The notes under the pieces: generated by a model
Told to the model about the DNA's origin: nothing
What the model saw: the letters and a program-made list of their open reading frames with translations, nothing else
Databases searched by the model: none
Part shown: piece by piece, positions 1 to 9,539 of the stretch
Layout: every line of letters begins with the position of its first letter
How positions within the stretch are numbered: position 1 is the stretch's first letter
Made by a program: the position numbers and the translations under genes
NCBI GenBank assembly: GCA_041497895.1
Contig: JBGQHJ010000003.1
Coordinates: forward strand, 1 to 64,000
Direction of reading: 5' to 3'
Source of the DNA: Candidatus Methylomirabilia bacterium
GTDB taxonomy: Bacteria > Methylomirabilota > Methylomirabilia > Rokubacteriales > CSP1-6
Length of the DNA stretch: 64,000 nucleotides

Positions 1-504
1 CGCGTCGAGGGCACCGAACGGCTCGACCCAGATCCGACCGCGCGGTGCCATGCGCAGCGCGCCCAACCGCGGCTCGCGCTGCTGCTTCCCGCCCAATGTC
101 TGGCGCGGGAGCTAGCTCGCGCGCACCCTGATCCCCACCAGGCGGAGCAGCTCGACCGCGCGCTCGCGGTAGGCCCGCGGATCGAGCCGCGAGAGCTCGG
201 CGGGCAGCAGGACGTTCGCCTCGATGCTGCGCCACTTCAGCAGCACCGGGGCCTGGAAGACCATGCCGACCGACGCGAGGGGGCGCACCACCGGCCGGCC
301 GTCGACCTCGACCCGGCCCCGGCTCGGCGGCCGCAGCCCCGCGATGATCCGCAGCAGGGTCGACTTGCCGCAGCCCGACGGCCCCACGATGGTCACCAGC
401 TCGCCGCGACCCACCGCGAGGTCGATGTCCCGCAGCGCCTCGACCGGGCCGGACGCGGTGGGGTAGGTCATCCCCACCCCGTCGAGGCGAATGAGATCGG
501 CCAC
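1..504 (-). CDS. NitT/TauT-family ABC transporter ATP-binding subunit; interrupted by TAG at 112-114, degenerate in-frame continuation to the window edge
   Basis: Walker A GPSGCGKST and Q-loop MVFQ. Past the TAG the same frame reads LPRQTLGGKQQR...VEPFGALDA (degenerate signature motif and D-loop). Confidence 0.85.
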
Positions 505-513
505 GCCGGTCGG

Positions 514-1533
514 TCAGCGCGCGGACTTGGGCAGCTCTACCTTGGTGAGGAACTCGTTCGTGTAGACCGCCTTGCACTCGACCTTGGTCGGCACGCCCAT
601 GTAGGTGTTGACCAGCTCCACCGAGTCGCACATCTTCTTCTCGTCCATCCAGCCGATGCCGTTCCTGGCGTAGCGGTCGGTCTTCATCAGGTCGAGGCCC
701 ATCATCATGTTCGGCTCGATGATCGAGAGGTCGATCTCGGGCACCCGCTTCTTGAAGATCTCGAGCGCCGACTTGGGGTCGCTCATCACGTCGCGCCAGC
801 CCAGGTAGGAGGCCTCGAGGAAGGCCCGCAGCATCGGGGCGCGCTCCTTCATCGTCTTCTCGCTCGCGATGATCGACATGCTGTACATGTCGAAGCCGTG
901 GTCGGCCCACGGCAGCATGACCGCGTTGCCCTTGCCCATCGCCTTCTCGTAGAACGGCAGCCCGGTGGTGTAGTCGGCCACCGCGTCCACCCGCTTCTCG
1001 GCCAGCGCCGGCACCTTGGCCGCCGGCTCCACGTTCACCCAGGTCACCTTGGTCTGGTCGATGCCGTTCAGGCGCGCGAAGGCGGGGAACATCTGCCGCT
1101 GCCCGTCGCCGGGCGGCGCGGCCACCGTCTTGCCCTCGAGGTCCTTCGGCTTCGTGATCGGCGCGTCCTTGCGGCTCCACACGTTGAGCGGGCTCTTGTC
1201 GAACACCATCCCGACCACCTTCACCTTGGTGCCGCGGGCCGAGGAGGCGATGACCACCGCGCTGTCGGCCAGCCCGACGTCGGCCCGACCGGTGTCCACC
1301 TTGGCGATGGAGTCGCCGGAGCCCTTGGAGTTCTGCATGTCGACGTCGAGGCCCCGCTGGCGGTAGTAGCCCTTCTCGAGCGCCACCCAGTAGGCGGCGT
1401 GGTCGCCGACCGGGAACCAGTTGAGCGCGAAGACCACCTTCTGCGGGGTCGACTGCGCCGACGGGGCGCCCGGGCCGAGCGCCATCATCATCGCGGCCAC
1501 GAGGAGTCCGATCGAGAGCGAGAGGCGTCGCAT
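514..1533 (-). CDS. ABC transporter substrate-binding protein, NMT1/THI5/SsuA-like
   Basis: Signal peptide; LNWFPVGDHAAYWVALEKGYY motif; lies between permease and ATPase genes. Confidence 0.9.
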   Translation of the reverse strand: MRRLSLSIGLLVAAMMMALGPGAPSAQSTPQKVVFALNWFPVGDHAAYWVALEKGYYRQRGLDVDMQNSKGSGDSIAKVDTGRADVGLADSAVVIASSARGTKVKVVGMVFDKSPLNVWSRKDAPITKPKDLEGKTVAAPPGDGQRQMFPAFARLNGIDQTKVTWVNVEPAAKVPALAEKRVDAVADYTTGLPFYEKAMGKGNAVMLPWADHGFDMYSMSIIASEKTMKERAPMLRAFLEASYLGWRDVMSDPKSALEIFKKRVPEIDLSIIEPNMMMGLDLMKTDRYARNGIGWMDEKKMCDSVELVNTYMGVPTKVECKAVYTNEFLTKVELPKSAR

Positions 1534-1546
1534 GGCTTGTTCTCCT

Positions 1547-2314
1547 TTAGTCCACGGTTTCCGCCCACGGCGCGATGCGCCGCGCGGCGAGTACCACCAG
1601 GCCGTACACCGCGAGGCCGACCACCGAGATCCACACCAGCGCCGCGAAGGCCACCGGGGTGTTCATGCTGCCCTGGGTGGTGATGATCACGTAGCCGAGG
1701 CCCTGCTGCGAGGCCACGAACTCGCCCACGATGGCGCCCACCACCGCCGCGGTCGCGGTCACCTTGAGCGCGCTCAGGATGTAGGGGTAGGCGTTGGGGA
1801 TCCGGATCGTGGCGAAGACCTTCCACTTCGGCGCGTTGAAGACGCGCCCGAGGTCGAGCAGCTCCTCGTCCACCTGCGAGAGCCCGACCGCGGTGTTGAT
1901 CACCACCGGGAAGAAGCCGATCAGCGCGCCGATCAGCATGTTGGGCAGCACCCCGTAGCCGAGCCAGAGGAGGAAGAGCGGGGCCACCGCCACCTTGGGC
2001 AGCGTGTTCACGAACACCAGGAAGGGCACCAGCGCCCGCGACAGGACCGGCGACCACGCCACCGCCACCCCCAGGGCCACCCCGACCACCCCGGCGAGCG
2101 CGAAGGCGCCCACGATCTCGACCGAGGTGATCCCGAGGTGGCGCAGCCACGGGATCTCGTCGCCCATCATGGCCCGCACCACGCTCATCGGCGCGGGGAG
2201 CAGGTACTCGCGCAGCCGGAACACGGTCACCGCGAGCTGCCAGGCGACGATCAACGCCACGAAGAGCGCGGCGGCGGGCAGGTAGCGGTGGAGCGCGCGT
2301 CCGGTCCCGGTCAT
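1547..2314 (-). CDS. NitT/TauT-family ABC transporter permease
   Basis: Multiple TM segments; LPKVAVAPL, FFPVVINT and AIVGEFVAS..GLGY motifs. Confidence 0.92.
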   Translation of the reverse strand: MTGTGRALHRYLPAAALFVALIVAWQLAVTVFRLREYLLPAPMSVVRAMMGDEIPWLRHLGITSVEIVGAFALAGVVGVALGVAVAWSPVLSRALVPFLVFVNTLPKVAVAPLFLLWLGYGVLPNMLIGALIGFFPVVINTAVGLSQVDEELLDLGRVFNAPKWKVFATIRIPNAYPYILSALKVTATAAVVGAIVGEFVASQQGLGYVIITTQGSMNTPVAFAALVWISVVGLAVYGLVVLAARRIAPWAETVD

Positions 2315-2382
2315 CGGCGAGCACGGTCATAGTACTCGACGCGCGGCGGTCCCCGGCTGGCAATGTGCGGCGGCCGGCCGCC

Positions 2383-3903
2383 CTACCGCGCGCGATCCGG
2401 TGAGCCCCCCTCGAGCGAATCGCCCGCCTCGAGAGAATCGCCCGCCTCGAGAGAATCGAAGGTCCAGCGCTCGAGCGGGATCATCGCCTCGAGATCGGGA
2501 TCGAAGGCCACCCCGTAGCCGGCGGTGGCCAGCGAGCCCACGCGCAGCCGGCCCCCCTCGATCCGCAGCCACGCCTCGCGCTCGTCGCCGATGTAGAGGT
2601 CGGGGTGGTGCCGGAGCGCGGCCGCCCGCTCCCGCCCGGAGCAGTGGGCGAGGCCGCGCACGTAGTGGTGCCCGTTGCGCTCGACGTGGGGGATGCCGAG
2701 GGCCCGCACGGTGGCGAGGTCCTGCTGCAGCGGCACCACCGGCACGTTGGTGAGATCCTCCGCGCTCATGAACAGGCGCGCGCGCTCCGGCCGCTCCGCG
2801 TTCAGGCCCTCGACGAGCGTGCGGTTCAGGAACGACTTCACGATACCCTTGCAGTTCTTGGTCGACACCCCGCGGTAGCCGAGCGCGATGGCGCGCGGGA
2901 AGGCCCCGAGATCGCCGTCGCTCTCGTCGATGATGATCGGCACCTGCCGCCCGAGCGCGTCGAGCCCCTCGGTGGCCGCCGCGTCGAGCGCGATGCCACG
3001 GTCGAGCGGCTGCTCGATGAACGCGGTCGAGCGCCAGAGGCGCACCAGGGCCGGCGTCCCGCGGATCGCCTCCACCAGCGCCGCGAAGTCGGCCATCGCC
3101 TTGTACTGCTCGTTGCCGTCGAGGGTCACCAGGTACGGGTCGGGAATCAGCCGGTCGAGCGTCTCCGCGATCCGCCTCAGGCGGTCCACGTCGGCGTCGA
3201 CCTGCCCGCCCACCTTCAGCTTGAAGTGACGCAGCCCGTGCGCCTGCACGCACTCCGCCAGCGTCTGGGGCAGGCCGTCGCGCAGCCAGCCGTCCGCCGG
3301 CACGTCGCCCGCGACGATGGGATCGAGCAGCCCCACCGTGTGGCGCACCGCAATCGCGTCGGGAGCAGTCCGGCTCGCCCAGGCCCGCAGGTGGTCCCGG
3401 GTGAGCCCGGGATGAACCGCCTCGGGACGGAGCCCGAGCACGTCGTCCCGCAGCATGCCGACGAGGTCCAGCCCGCTCAGACGCCCCGCCGCGTCGGCCA
3501 GGGCGCGCTCGAAGAGCGACGAGCCGAAGGCCGCGGTGAGCCCGTTGAGCCCGAGCGCGGGCGCGCGGCGCGCGCACTCCGCGTAGGCGTCCTGCCACAC
3601 GTCGAACACGGGCCGCGGCGTCCGGGCCGCGTCGACGTAGGCGGCCTGCGCCGCACGGATCGCCCGGAGCTCGTCCTCCACGTTGTCGCGGAAGCTCCTG
3701 GCCGGGTCCTTGTCGAACCACTTGGGCGGGAGGTTGTCGGCCGCGAAACCCCGCGCATGGCGGCCGTCGGCCGCCTCCACGTCGACCGCCAGGTGGAGCA
3801 GCGGGAAGTGGGTGAGCGTGACCACACCGTAGCGGAACGGCAGCCGCGTGCGCAGGTTGCGGAGGTGGCACGAGGCGGCGGTCACCGCCAGGGCCAGGCT
3901 CAC
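2383..3903 (-). CDS. Enolase-superfamily (mandelate racemase-like) protein of unknown substrate
   Basis: C-terminal part of the 1080-aa ORF. GTG at 3903 overlaps the upstream stop (GTGA). HFKLK (KxK), LDGNEQ, FIEQP and IDESD metal-ligand pattern. Confidence 0.7.
   Translation of the reverse strand: MSLALAVTAASCHLRNLRTRLPFRYGVVTLTHFPLLHLAVDVEAADGRHARGFAADNLPPKWFDKDPARSFRDNVEDELRAIRAAQAAYVDAARTPRPVFDVWQDAYAECARRAPALGLNGLTAAFGSSLFERALADAAGRLSGLDLVGMLRDDVLGLRPEAVHPGLTRDHLRAWASRTAPDAIAVRHTVGLLDPIVAGDVPADGWLRDGLPQTLAECVQAHGLRHFKLKVGGQVDADVDRLRRIAETLDRLIPDPYLVTLDGNEQYKAMADFAALVEAIRGTPALVRLWRSTAFIEQPLDRGIALDAAATEGLDALGRQVPIIIDESDGDLGAFPRAIALGYRGVSTKNCKGIVKSFLNRTLVEGLNAERPERARLFMSAEDLTNVPVVPLQQDLATVRALGIPHVERNGHHYVRGLAHCSGRERAAALRHHPDLYIGDEREAWLRIEGGRLRVGSLATAGYGVAFDPDLEAMIPLERWTFDSLEAGDSLEAGDSLEGGSPDRAR
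2409..2462. repeat. 18-bp tandem repeat x3 (CCTCGAGAGAATCGCCCG) encoding DSLEAG repeats
   Basis: Units at 2409, 2427 and 2445, with no spacers. Confidence 0.9.
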
Positions 3904-5600
3904 GGGCGGGTGCCGAGCGTGATCGAGGTCGCGTGATCCACGCCGTCGCGCAGGTAGACGAGGTGCAGCGTCTCCCCCGGCTGCCGACGGTCGAGCAGCG
4001 CGCGGAGGTCCGCGAACACCCGCAGGCCGGTGTCGTCCAGGCGCACCAGCACGTCGCCGGCCCGCAGGCCGGCCTGCTCGGCGGCGCTGCCGGGCACGAT
4101 CGCCCCGAGCCGCACCCCATCCCATCCCGCACGGATGTCCGCCGCGATGCCGAGGAAGGCGCCGCCCGTGCCGCCCGGGCTCCCGGCTCGCTCCGCCGAC
4201 CGTCCGCGCGGCGCCGCTTCCGGCACGCGCGCGAACACCGGGCGCGGCCCGTCGGCGATCCGCGTGGCCAGGATCCGCCCCATGTGGGCGATCCTCGCCA
4301 TGCCCGCCGCGTCGATCCGATCCGCGGTATCGGACGGGCGGTGATAGTCGGCGTGCGAGCCGCTGTGGAAGAAGAGCACCGGCACGCCGGCGGCGTTGAA
4401 TCGCGTATGGTCCGAGGGCCCGGTGCCGGACGCGCGCGGGTCGACGTCGAGCCCGGCCTCCTTCGCGGCCGTCTCCACGAGCCCGCGGAAGCTTCCGCCC
4501 GTGTCTACCCCGCCCACCAGCAGATGGCGCCCGTCCAGCCGGCCCACCATGTCGAAGTTCAGCATCGCCACCATGCGCTCGACCGGGACCACCGATGGAT
4601 GACGCACCTGATGGTCGGAGCCGAGCAGTCCCAGCTCCTCGCCCGCGAACAGCACGAACACCAGGGTGCGCGGCGGCCGCGACGCGGCCAGCGACTCCGC
4701 GAGACCCAGGACCACCGCGGTGCCGGAGGCATTGTCGTCCGCGCCGTGGTAGACCACCTCGCCCTCGCGCCCGAGGTGATCGTAGTGGGCCCCGATCACC
4801 ACCGCCTCGCCGGCGAGCGCGGGATCCGTGCCCGGCACGACGCCGATCACGTTGGCGGCCCGACGCTCCTCGGGCGCCAGGTCGACGCGCAGGCGGACCC
4901 GGACACCGGTCGCCGTCGCGCGAGGCACCGGGCTCACGAGCGCATCGAGGGAGCGCCCGAGCAACGCGGCCGCCGCGGCCCGGGTGATGCTGCCCGAGAG
5001 CATCGCCACCGGCGCGGCGGTCGCGGCCACCGCGGGCACGGTCGCGTCGATCAGCAGGAGCGCCCGGGCCCCCGCGCGCCGGGCCGCGACCAGCTGCTCG
5101 AGGCGGGACGCGCGCGCCACCCCCGCGGGCGTCGACGCGTCCGCCAGCGCGAGCGCGATACGGCCGCGCGCGTCGACCGCAGCATAGTCGTCGCGGCCCA
5201 CGAAGACCAGCTCGGCCTCGACCTCGCCGATGGCCGATCCGCCGTGCGGCGCCCACTCGCGCCCGACCTCGAGGACCCGGGGCGCGGAGCCGGTCGCCTC
5301 GAGGCGATTGCCCGGTCCGAGCCCCGGGATCACCGCCACCGGGAACTCCTGGAAGAAGGAGCCCCCGTCGCCGCCGGGGCGAAGGCCCGCGCGCTGCAGG
5401 ATGTCGGCGATGTAGCGGGCCGCGCGATCGCCCCCCGGCGTGCCCGAGCCGCGGCCCTCCATCGCGGGCGCGGTCAGGGCGGCCACGTGGGCCTGGAGAT
5501 CGGCCGCGCCGAGGCGCGGAGCGGGCGCGGCCGCGGCGGTCGCCAGCAGGAGGAGCAGCAGGAGGGCGGCCAGCGCGGAGGGGAAGCGACGGCACGTCAC
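3900..5600 (-). CDS. Secreted M28-family aminopeptidase with PA-like insert and C-terminal PDZ domain
   Basis: Signal peptide; GAHYDH, GADDNASG, GEELGLLGS, NFDMVGR, SDH and DYHRPSD motifs; C-terminal FLGI...AGLRAGD PDZ. Confidence 0.92.
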   Translation of the reverse strand: MTCRRFPSALAALLLLLLLATAAAAPAPRLGAADLQAHVAALTAPAMEGRGSGTPGGDRAARYIADILQRAGLRPGGDGGSFFQEFPVAVIPGLGPGNRLEATGSAPRVLEVGREWAPHGGSAIGEVEAELVFVGRDDYAAVDARGRIALALADASTPAGVARASRLEQLVAARRAGARALLLIDATVPAVAATAAPVAMLSGSITRAAAAALLGRSLDALVSPVPRATATGVRVRLRVDLAPEERRAANVIGVVPGTDPALAGEAVVIGAHYDHLGREGEVVYHGADDNASGTAVVLGLAESLAASRPPRTLVFVLFAGEELGLLGSDHQVRHPSVVPVERMVAMLNFDMVGRLDGRHLLVGGVDTGGSFRGLVETAAKEAGLDVDPRASGTGPSDHTRFNAAGVPVLFFHSGSHADYHRPSDTADRIDAAGMARIAHMGRILATRIADGPRPVFARVPEAAPRGRSAERAGSPGGTGGAFLGIAADIRAGWDGVRLGAIVPGSAAEQAGLRAGDVLVRLDDTGLRVFADLRALLDRRQPGETLHLVYLRDGVDHATSITLGTRP

Positions 5601-5645
5601 GCTCGTACTCTACTCCACGGGACAAGACGGGGGTACACTCGGCCC

Positions 5646-6020
5646 ATGTCGACGTCGACCCGCGCTCTCGTCCTGGCCGCCGGCCTCGTGTGCGCGCTCG
5701 TGGCCGGCGCCGGGGCGCAGGACCTCTCGGGGCCGTCCTCTCCGCTTCTGCGGCCCGACTGGACCGTCGAGCCCGCCCGGGGCGGCGGCGCCCACGTGGT
5801 GGGCTACCTCTACAACCGCAACATCAAGGACGCCGCCAACGTGTGGCTCCGCGTGGACCGGCTCGGCGCCGACGGCGCGGTCGCGGGCACGTACCGGCGC
5901 CGCGTGGTGGGCGACGTGCTCGCCGGCAACCGGTCGCTCTTCGACGTGCCGGTGGGTGAGGCCGGCGCGACCTACCGGGTCGCGGTCGAGACGGTCGACT
6001 GGGTGAAGGAGTGCCGCTAG
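5646..6020 (+). CDS. Small exported hypothetical protein (FxLYD-like beta-sandwich)
   Basis: ATG 5646; signal peptide; VVGYLYN...VWLRVD...GDVLAGNRSLFDVPV pattern. Confidence 0.7.
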   Translation: MSTSTRALVLAAGLVCALVAGAGAQDLSGPSSPLLRPDWTVEPARGGGAHVVGYLYNRNIKDAANVWLRVDRLGADGAVAGTYRRRVVGDVLAGNRSLFDVPVGEAGATYRVAVETVDWVKECR

Positions 6021-6030
6021 CGCGCTCCCG

Positions 6031-7182
6031 CTAGCCGAGTGCCCGCCTCGTCAGGGCATTCACCCCTCGCTCGAGCGCCATCGCTCCGAGCACCAGCAGC
6101 ACGATGATCCCGCCCGCTCCCACCACGAACACCGGCAGATCGAGGGACTGCATCCGCGCGCCGAAATAGTGCACGTAGGGCTGATGGACGAGGTAGAGGC
6201 CATACGAGGACGCCCCGACCGCAAGCACGGCGGGACTCACCCGCGGAAGGCGACCCATCGCTCGCGCCACGTTGACGAGGATGACGGTGAGACCGGTGCC
6301 GACGAGCGCATCGGTGAAGAGATAGGACCAGAGAGCGCCGTAGGAGTAGAAGCCGAGGGCATAGAGCCCGGCGCCGGCCAGGAAGCCCCGCCACGATAGG
6401 ACCGCGGCGTCGATCACCGCCGGCGACCTCCGCCAGAGCGCCCCCGCGGCCATGCCCACCGCGAACTCCCAGAGCCGGCACGCGAAGAAGCCGCCCTGCA
6501 CCCACTTGCCGTCCAACGGTACGGCGAACAGGAGGGCCCACCGCGAGCCGAAGGTGACGACCGCCGCGACGACGAGGAAGCGGGCCACGCCCAGGCGCTC
6601 GAGCGCGACGAAGAGCAGCGGGTACACGAGGTAGAGCTGCAGGAGCAGGCCGAAGTACCAGAGCGCGGGGTTGAAGTAGTAGAACATCGTGCCGATCGGC
6701 ACCACGCGATCGCCGAGGACGCTCAGCGCGAAGCGGTAGTCCACCGGATCGAACTGGGCCTGGAACGGGGACACCAGGTAGACGAGGTGGGCGACCCAGT
6801 ACATCGGCAACAGGCGAATCAGCCGGCTCCGGTACCACCCGGGCCAGGCTACCGCCGGGCGACCGCTCCGGGCGAGCGAATAGGAGAGCCCGAAGCCCGA
6901 GAGGACGAGGAAGACGGCGACCCCGTGGAACCCGAAGTCGACCGCCGCGGCTAGCACGGCGGCCGCGAGGCAGAGCGCCCACGCGCCGGGAGACGCCGGC
7001 GCCCAGATCCTCTCGTACGCGGCGAAGTAGCCGGGGTCGAGCGGCCAAGGCAGTCGGCCGGCCGCGTACGCGATGAAGAAGTGAAAGCCCACGATCCAGA
7101 GGATCGCGATCCCCTTCGTGCCGTCGAGCCAGTCGAGCCGCGCCTCCACGCGGCCCGCCGGTCGCTCGCCCGCGCCGCTCAC
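6031..7182 (-). CDS. Acyltransferase-3 family membrane O-acyltransferase
   Basis: RLDWLDGTKGIAILWIVGFH, FLVLSGFGL, RLIRLLPMYW, LWYF and SYGLYLVH motifs. Confidence 0.9.
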   Translation of the reverse strand: MSGAGERPAGRVEARLDWLDGTKGIAILWIVGFHFFIAYAAGRLPWPLDPGYFAAYERIWAPASPGAWALCLAAAVLAAAVDFGFHGVAVFLVLSGFGLSYSLARSGRPAVAWPGWYRSRLIRLLPMYWVAHLVYLVSPFQAQFDPVDYRFALSVLGDRVVPIGTMFYYFNPALWYFGLLLQLYLVYPLLFVALERLGVARFLVVAAVVTFGSRWALLFAVPLDGKWVQGGFFACRLWEFAVGMAAGALWRRSPAVIDAAVLSWRGFLAGAGLYALGFYSYGALWSYLFTDALVGTGLTVILVNVARAMGRLPRVSPAVLAVGASSYGLYLVHQPYVHYFGARMQSLDLPVFVVGAGGIIVLLVLGAMALERGVNALTRRALG

Positions 7183-7267
7183 GAGGCCGACGATAGGGGC
7201 TGGGCCGATCGCGTGTCAATCACGCCGGACGCCCCGATCCGACGTATACTGCCGTCCGACGCCCGAC

Positions 7268-7936
7268 ATGCCCGACCTCCTGGACGCCATCGAGATCGAG
7301 ACCGCGCCGAGCCCCACCGCGACCGTCATCTGGATGCACGGCCTGGGCGCGGACGGCCACGACTTCGAGCCCATCGTGCCCGAGCTGCGGCTGCCCGCCT
7401 CCCTTCCCGTCCGCTTCGTGTTCCCGCACGCGCCGTTGCGGCCCGTCACCATCAACCAGGGCCACGTCATGCGCGCGTGGTACGACATTCGCGCCCTCGC
7501 GGGGGTCCGGCGCGAGGACGAGGCGGGCGTGCGCCAGTCGGCCCGCCAGGTCGAGGCGCTGCTGGAGCGCGAGCGGCAGCGCGGGATCGCGCCCGGCCGC
7601 CTCGTGCTCGCCGGCTTCTCCCAGGGCGGCGCGATGGCCCTGCACGTGGGCCTGCGCCACGCGGAGCGCCTGGCCGGCGTCATGGCGCTCTCGTGCTACC
7701 TGCCGCTGGGCGACGTCCTGGCCACCGAGGCCGCGGCCGCGAATCGGGACGTGCCGATCTTCTGGGCCCACGGCGTCCACGACCCGATGATCCCGCTGGC
7801 CATGGCCGAGCACGGGCGCGCGCAGGTCGCTGCGCTCGGCTACTCGATCGAGTGGCACCAGTACGCGATCCCCCATTCCGTCTCCGCCGAGGAGATCGCC
7901 GACGTCGCCCGCTGGCTCGGGCGCGTCCTCGGCTGA
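7268..7936 (+). CDS. Carboxylesterase/phospholipase (alpha/beta hydrolase)
   Basis: WMHGLGADGHDF, GFSQGG nucleophile elbow, HGVHDPMI and PHSV. Confidence 0.93.
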   Translation: MPDLLDAIEIETAPSPTATVIWMHGLGADGHDFEPIVPELRLPASLPVRFVFPHAPLRPVTINQGHVMRAWYDIRALAGVRREDEAGVRQSARQVEALLERERQRGIAPGRLVLAGFSQGGAMALHVGLRHAERLAGVMALSCYLPLGDVLATEAAAANRDVPIFWAHGVHDPMIPLAMAEHGRAQVAALGYSIEWHQYAIPHSVSAEEIADVARWLGRVLG

Positions 7937-7959
7937 ACTCAGGCCCAGGAGGAGAGCCC

Positions 7960-8583
7960 ATGCAGACCGACCGTCTGAAGATGCCGATCGGGGAGGCCAT
8001 GTTCACCCAGCGGTCCGTTCGGAAGCTTCGCACTGATCCCATCCCGGTGGAGGACCTCCACCTCCTGATCGAGGCGGCGGTGAAGGCCCCGAACGGCGGC
8101 AACAACCAGGTGGGGCGCTTCCTGATCGTGAACGACCGCGCGAAGATCCGCGAGTTCGGCGCGCTCTACAAGGAAGCGTGGTGGGCCAAGCGCTGGGACG
8201 ATCACAAGTGGACGAAGCCGGAGGACATCCCGCTCACCGACAAGAACCACCGCTCCGCGATGGGGCTGTCGGAGGACATGAAGGACGTGCCCTGTGTCGT
8301 ATTCGCGTTCACCGCGCCCGGCGGCGGGGCCAACTCGGTGATCCCCGCCTGCCAGAACCTGATGCTGGCCGCGCACGCCCTCGGCATCGGCTCGCTGCCC
8401 ACCACGCTGCACGCCAAGGTGATGGACCGCTTCCACGCGATGTTCGACATCCCCAAGGAGATGACGTTTCACTTCTGCATCCCGCTCGGCTACCCCGCGG
8501 TGAAGTACGGCCCGAGCAAGCGGCGGCCGACGTCGGAGACCACGTCGCTCAACCGCTGGGGCGGGGCGGTGCCGTGGGCGTGA
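7960..8583 (+). CDS. Nitroreductase-family protein
   Basis: SD GGAGGAG; QRSVRK, KAPNGGNNQ, QNLMLAAHALGIGS and IPLGYP motifs. Confidence 0.9.
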   Translation: MQTDRLKMPIGEAMFTQRSVRKLRTDPIPVEDLHLLIEAAVKAPNGGNNQVGRFLIVNDRAKIREFGALYKEAWWAKRWDDHKWTKPEDIPLTDKNHRSAMGLSEDMKDVPCVVFAFTAPGGGANSVIPACQNLMLAAHALGIGSLPTTLHAKVMDRFHAMFDIPKEMTFHFCIPLGYPAVKYGPSKRRPTSETTSLNRWGGAVPWA

Positions 8584-9488
8584 CCCGCAAGCCCGCGGTC
8601 AGCCTCGCCGCGGTGCCCGGCCGGCGCAAGGCCACCGTCGAGATGGCCAAGCGCCTCGAGGAGGAGGGCTTCACCGGCATCTACTGCCCGAGCCTGGGCG
8701 ACGGGCTCGGCCTCTGCGAGGCGATCGCGCTCGCCACCCGCACGATCCCGTTCGGCACCAGCATCGCCAACATCTACACGCGCCACGCCCTCGACTTCGC
8801 CCAGACCGCGGCCCTGATCCACGAGCTGTCGGGCGGCCGCTTCCGCTTCGGGGTGGGCATCAGCCACGGGCCCACCCACGATCGCCTCGGCATCAAGCCG
8901 GGCAAGCCGCTCGAGGATATGCGCCGCTTCGTGCAGGACCTCCGGGCCGGCGCCAAGCTGGCGGGCGAGCTGCCCCCGATCACGCTGGCGACGCTGCGCA
9001 AGAAGATGACCGCGCTCTCGGCCGAGATCGCCCAGGGCGCGGTATGGGCCAACGCGGCGCGCTCGCACATGCCCGAGTCGCTCAAGGCCCTGCCCGACGC
9101 CGCGCGCACCGGGGCCGACTTCTTCATCGGCAACATGGTGCCCACGTGCGTCGACGCCGACCGCGCCGCCGGCGCCGCGGTGAACCGCCGCACCCTGACC
9201 GGCTACGTCAAGCTGCCGAACTACCAGAACTACTGGATCGAGGCCGGCTTCGAGGAGGAGATGCAGGCGATCCGCCGAGCCCTCGCGGCGGGCCAGGAGG
9301 ACAAGATTCCCTCGCTCATGTCCGACCGCTGGCTCTCCCAGGTCACCCTCTACGGCAGCGCGTCGGAGGTGCGCGAGGGCGTGGAGGCCTGGTACGCGGC
9401 GGGCGTGAAGACGCTCATCATGGTGCCCTCCTCCACCAAGGGCAACCAGATGGTCGCGCTGCAGGAGCTGATCGACCTCTTCCGGTAA
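8580..9488 (+). CDS. LLM-class flavin-dependent oxidoreductase
   Basis: GTGA overlap with upstream gene; FGTSIANIYTR and LSGGRFRFGVG. Confidence 0.88.
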   Translation: MTRKPAVSLAAVPGRRKATVEMAKRLEEEGFTGIYCPSLGDGLGLCEAIALATRTIPFGTSIANIYTRHALDFAQTAALIHELSGGRFRFGVGISHGPTHDRLGIKPGKPLEDMRRFVQDLRAGAKLAGELPPITLATLRKKMTALSAEIAQGAVWANAARSHMPESLKALPDAARTGADFFIGNMVPTCVDADRAAGAAVNRRTLTGYVKLPNYQNYWIEAGFEEEMQAIRRALAAGQEDKIPSLMSDRWLSQVTLYGSASEVREGVEAWYAAGVKTLIMVPSSTKGNQMVALQELIDLFR

Positions 9489-9539
9489 CCTCGCGCCGCG
9501 GTCGCCCCGAGGCCTAGTCCCTCTTCCGCGAATCGCGTC

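Noticed and set aside
112..114. Pyrrolysine or amber readthrough in the ABC ATPase
   Set aside because: Downstream catalytic motifs are also corrupted, no pyl genes are in the window, and TAG is a common genuine stop here
2409..2462. 18-bp repeats as a CRISPR array
   Set aside because: No spacers, in frame within a CDS, and no cas genes
2383..5625. 1080-aa ORF as a single protein
   Set aside because: The N-terminal half is an Arg/Gly/Pro-rich alternate frame of the M28 peptidase; the real gene starts at GTG 3903
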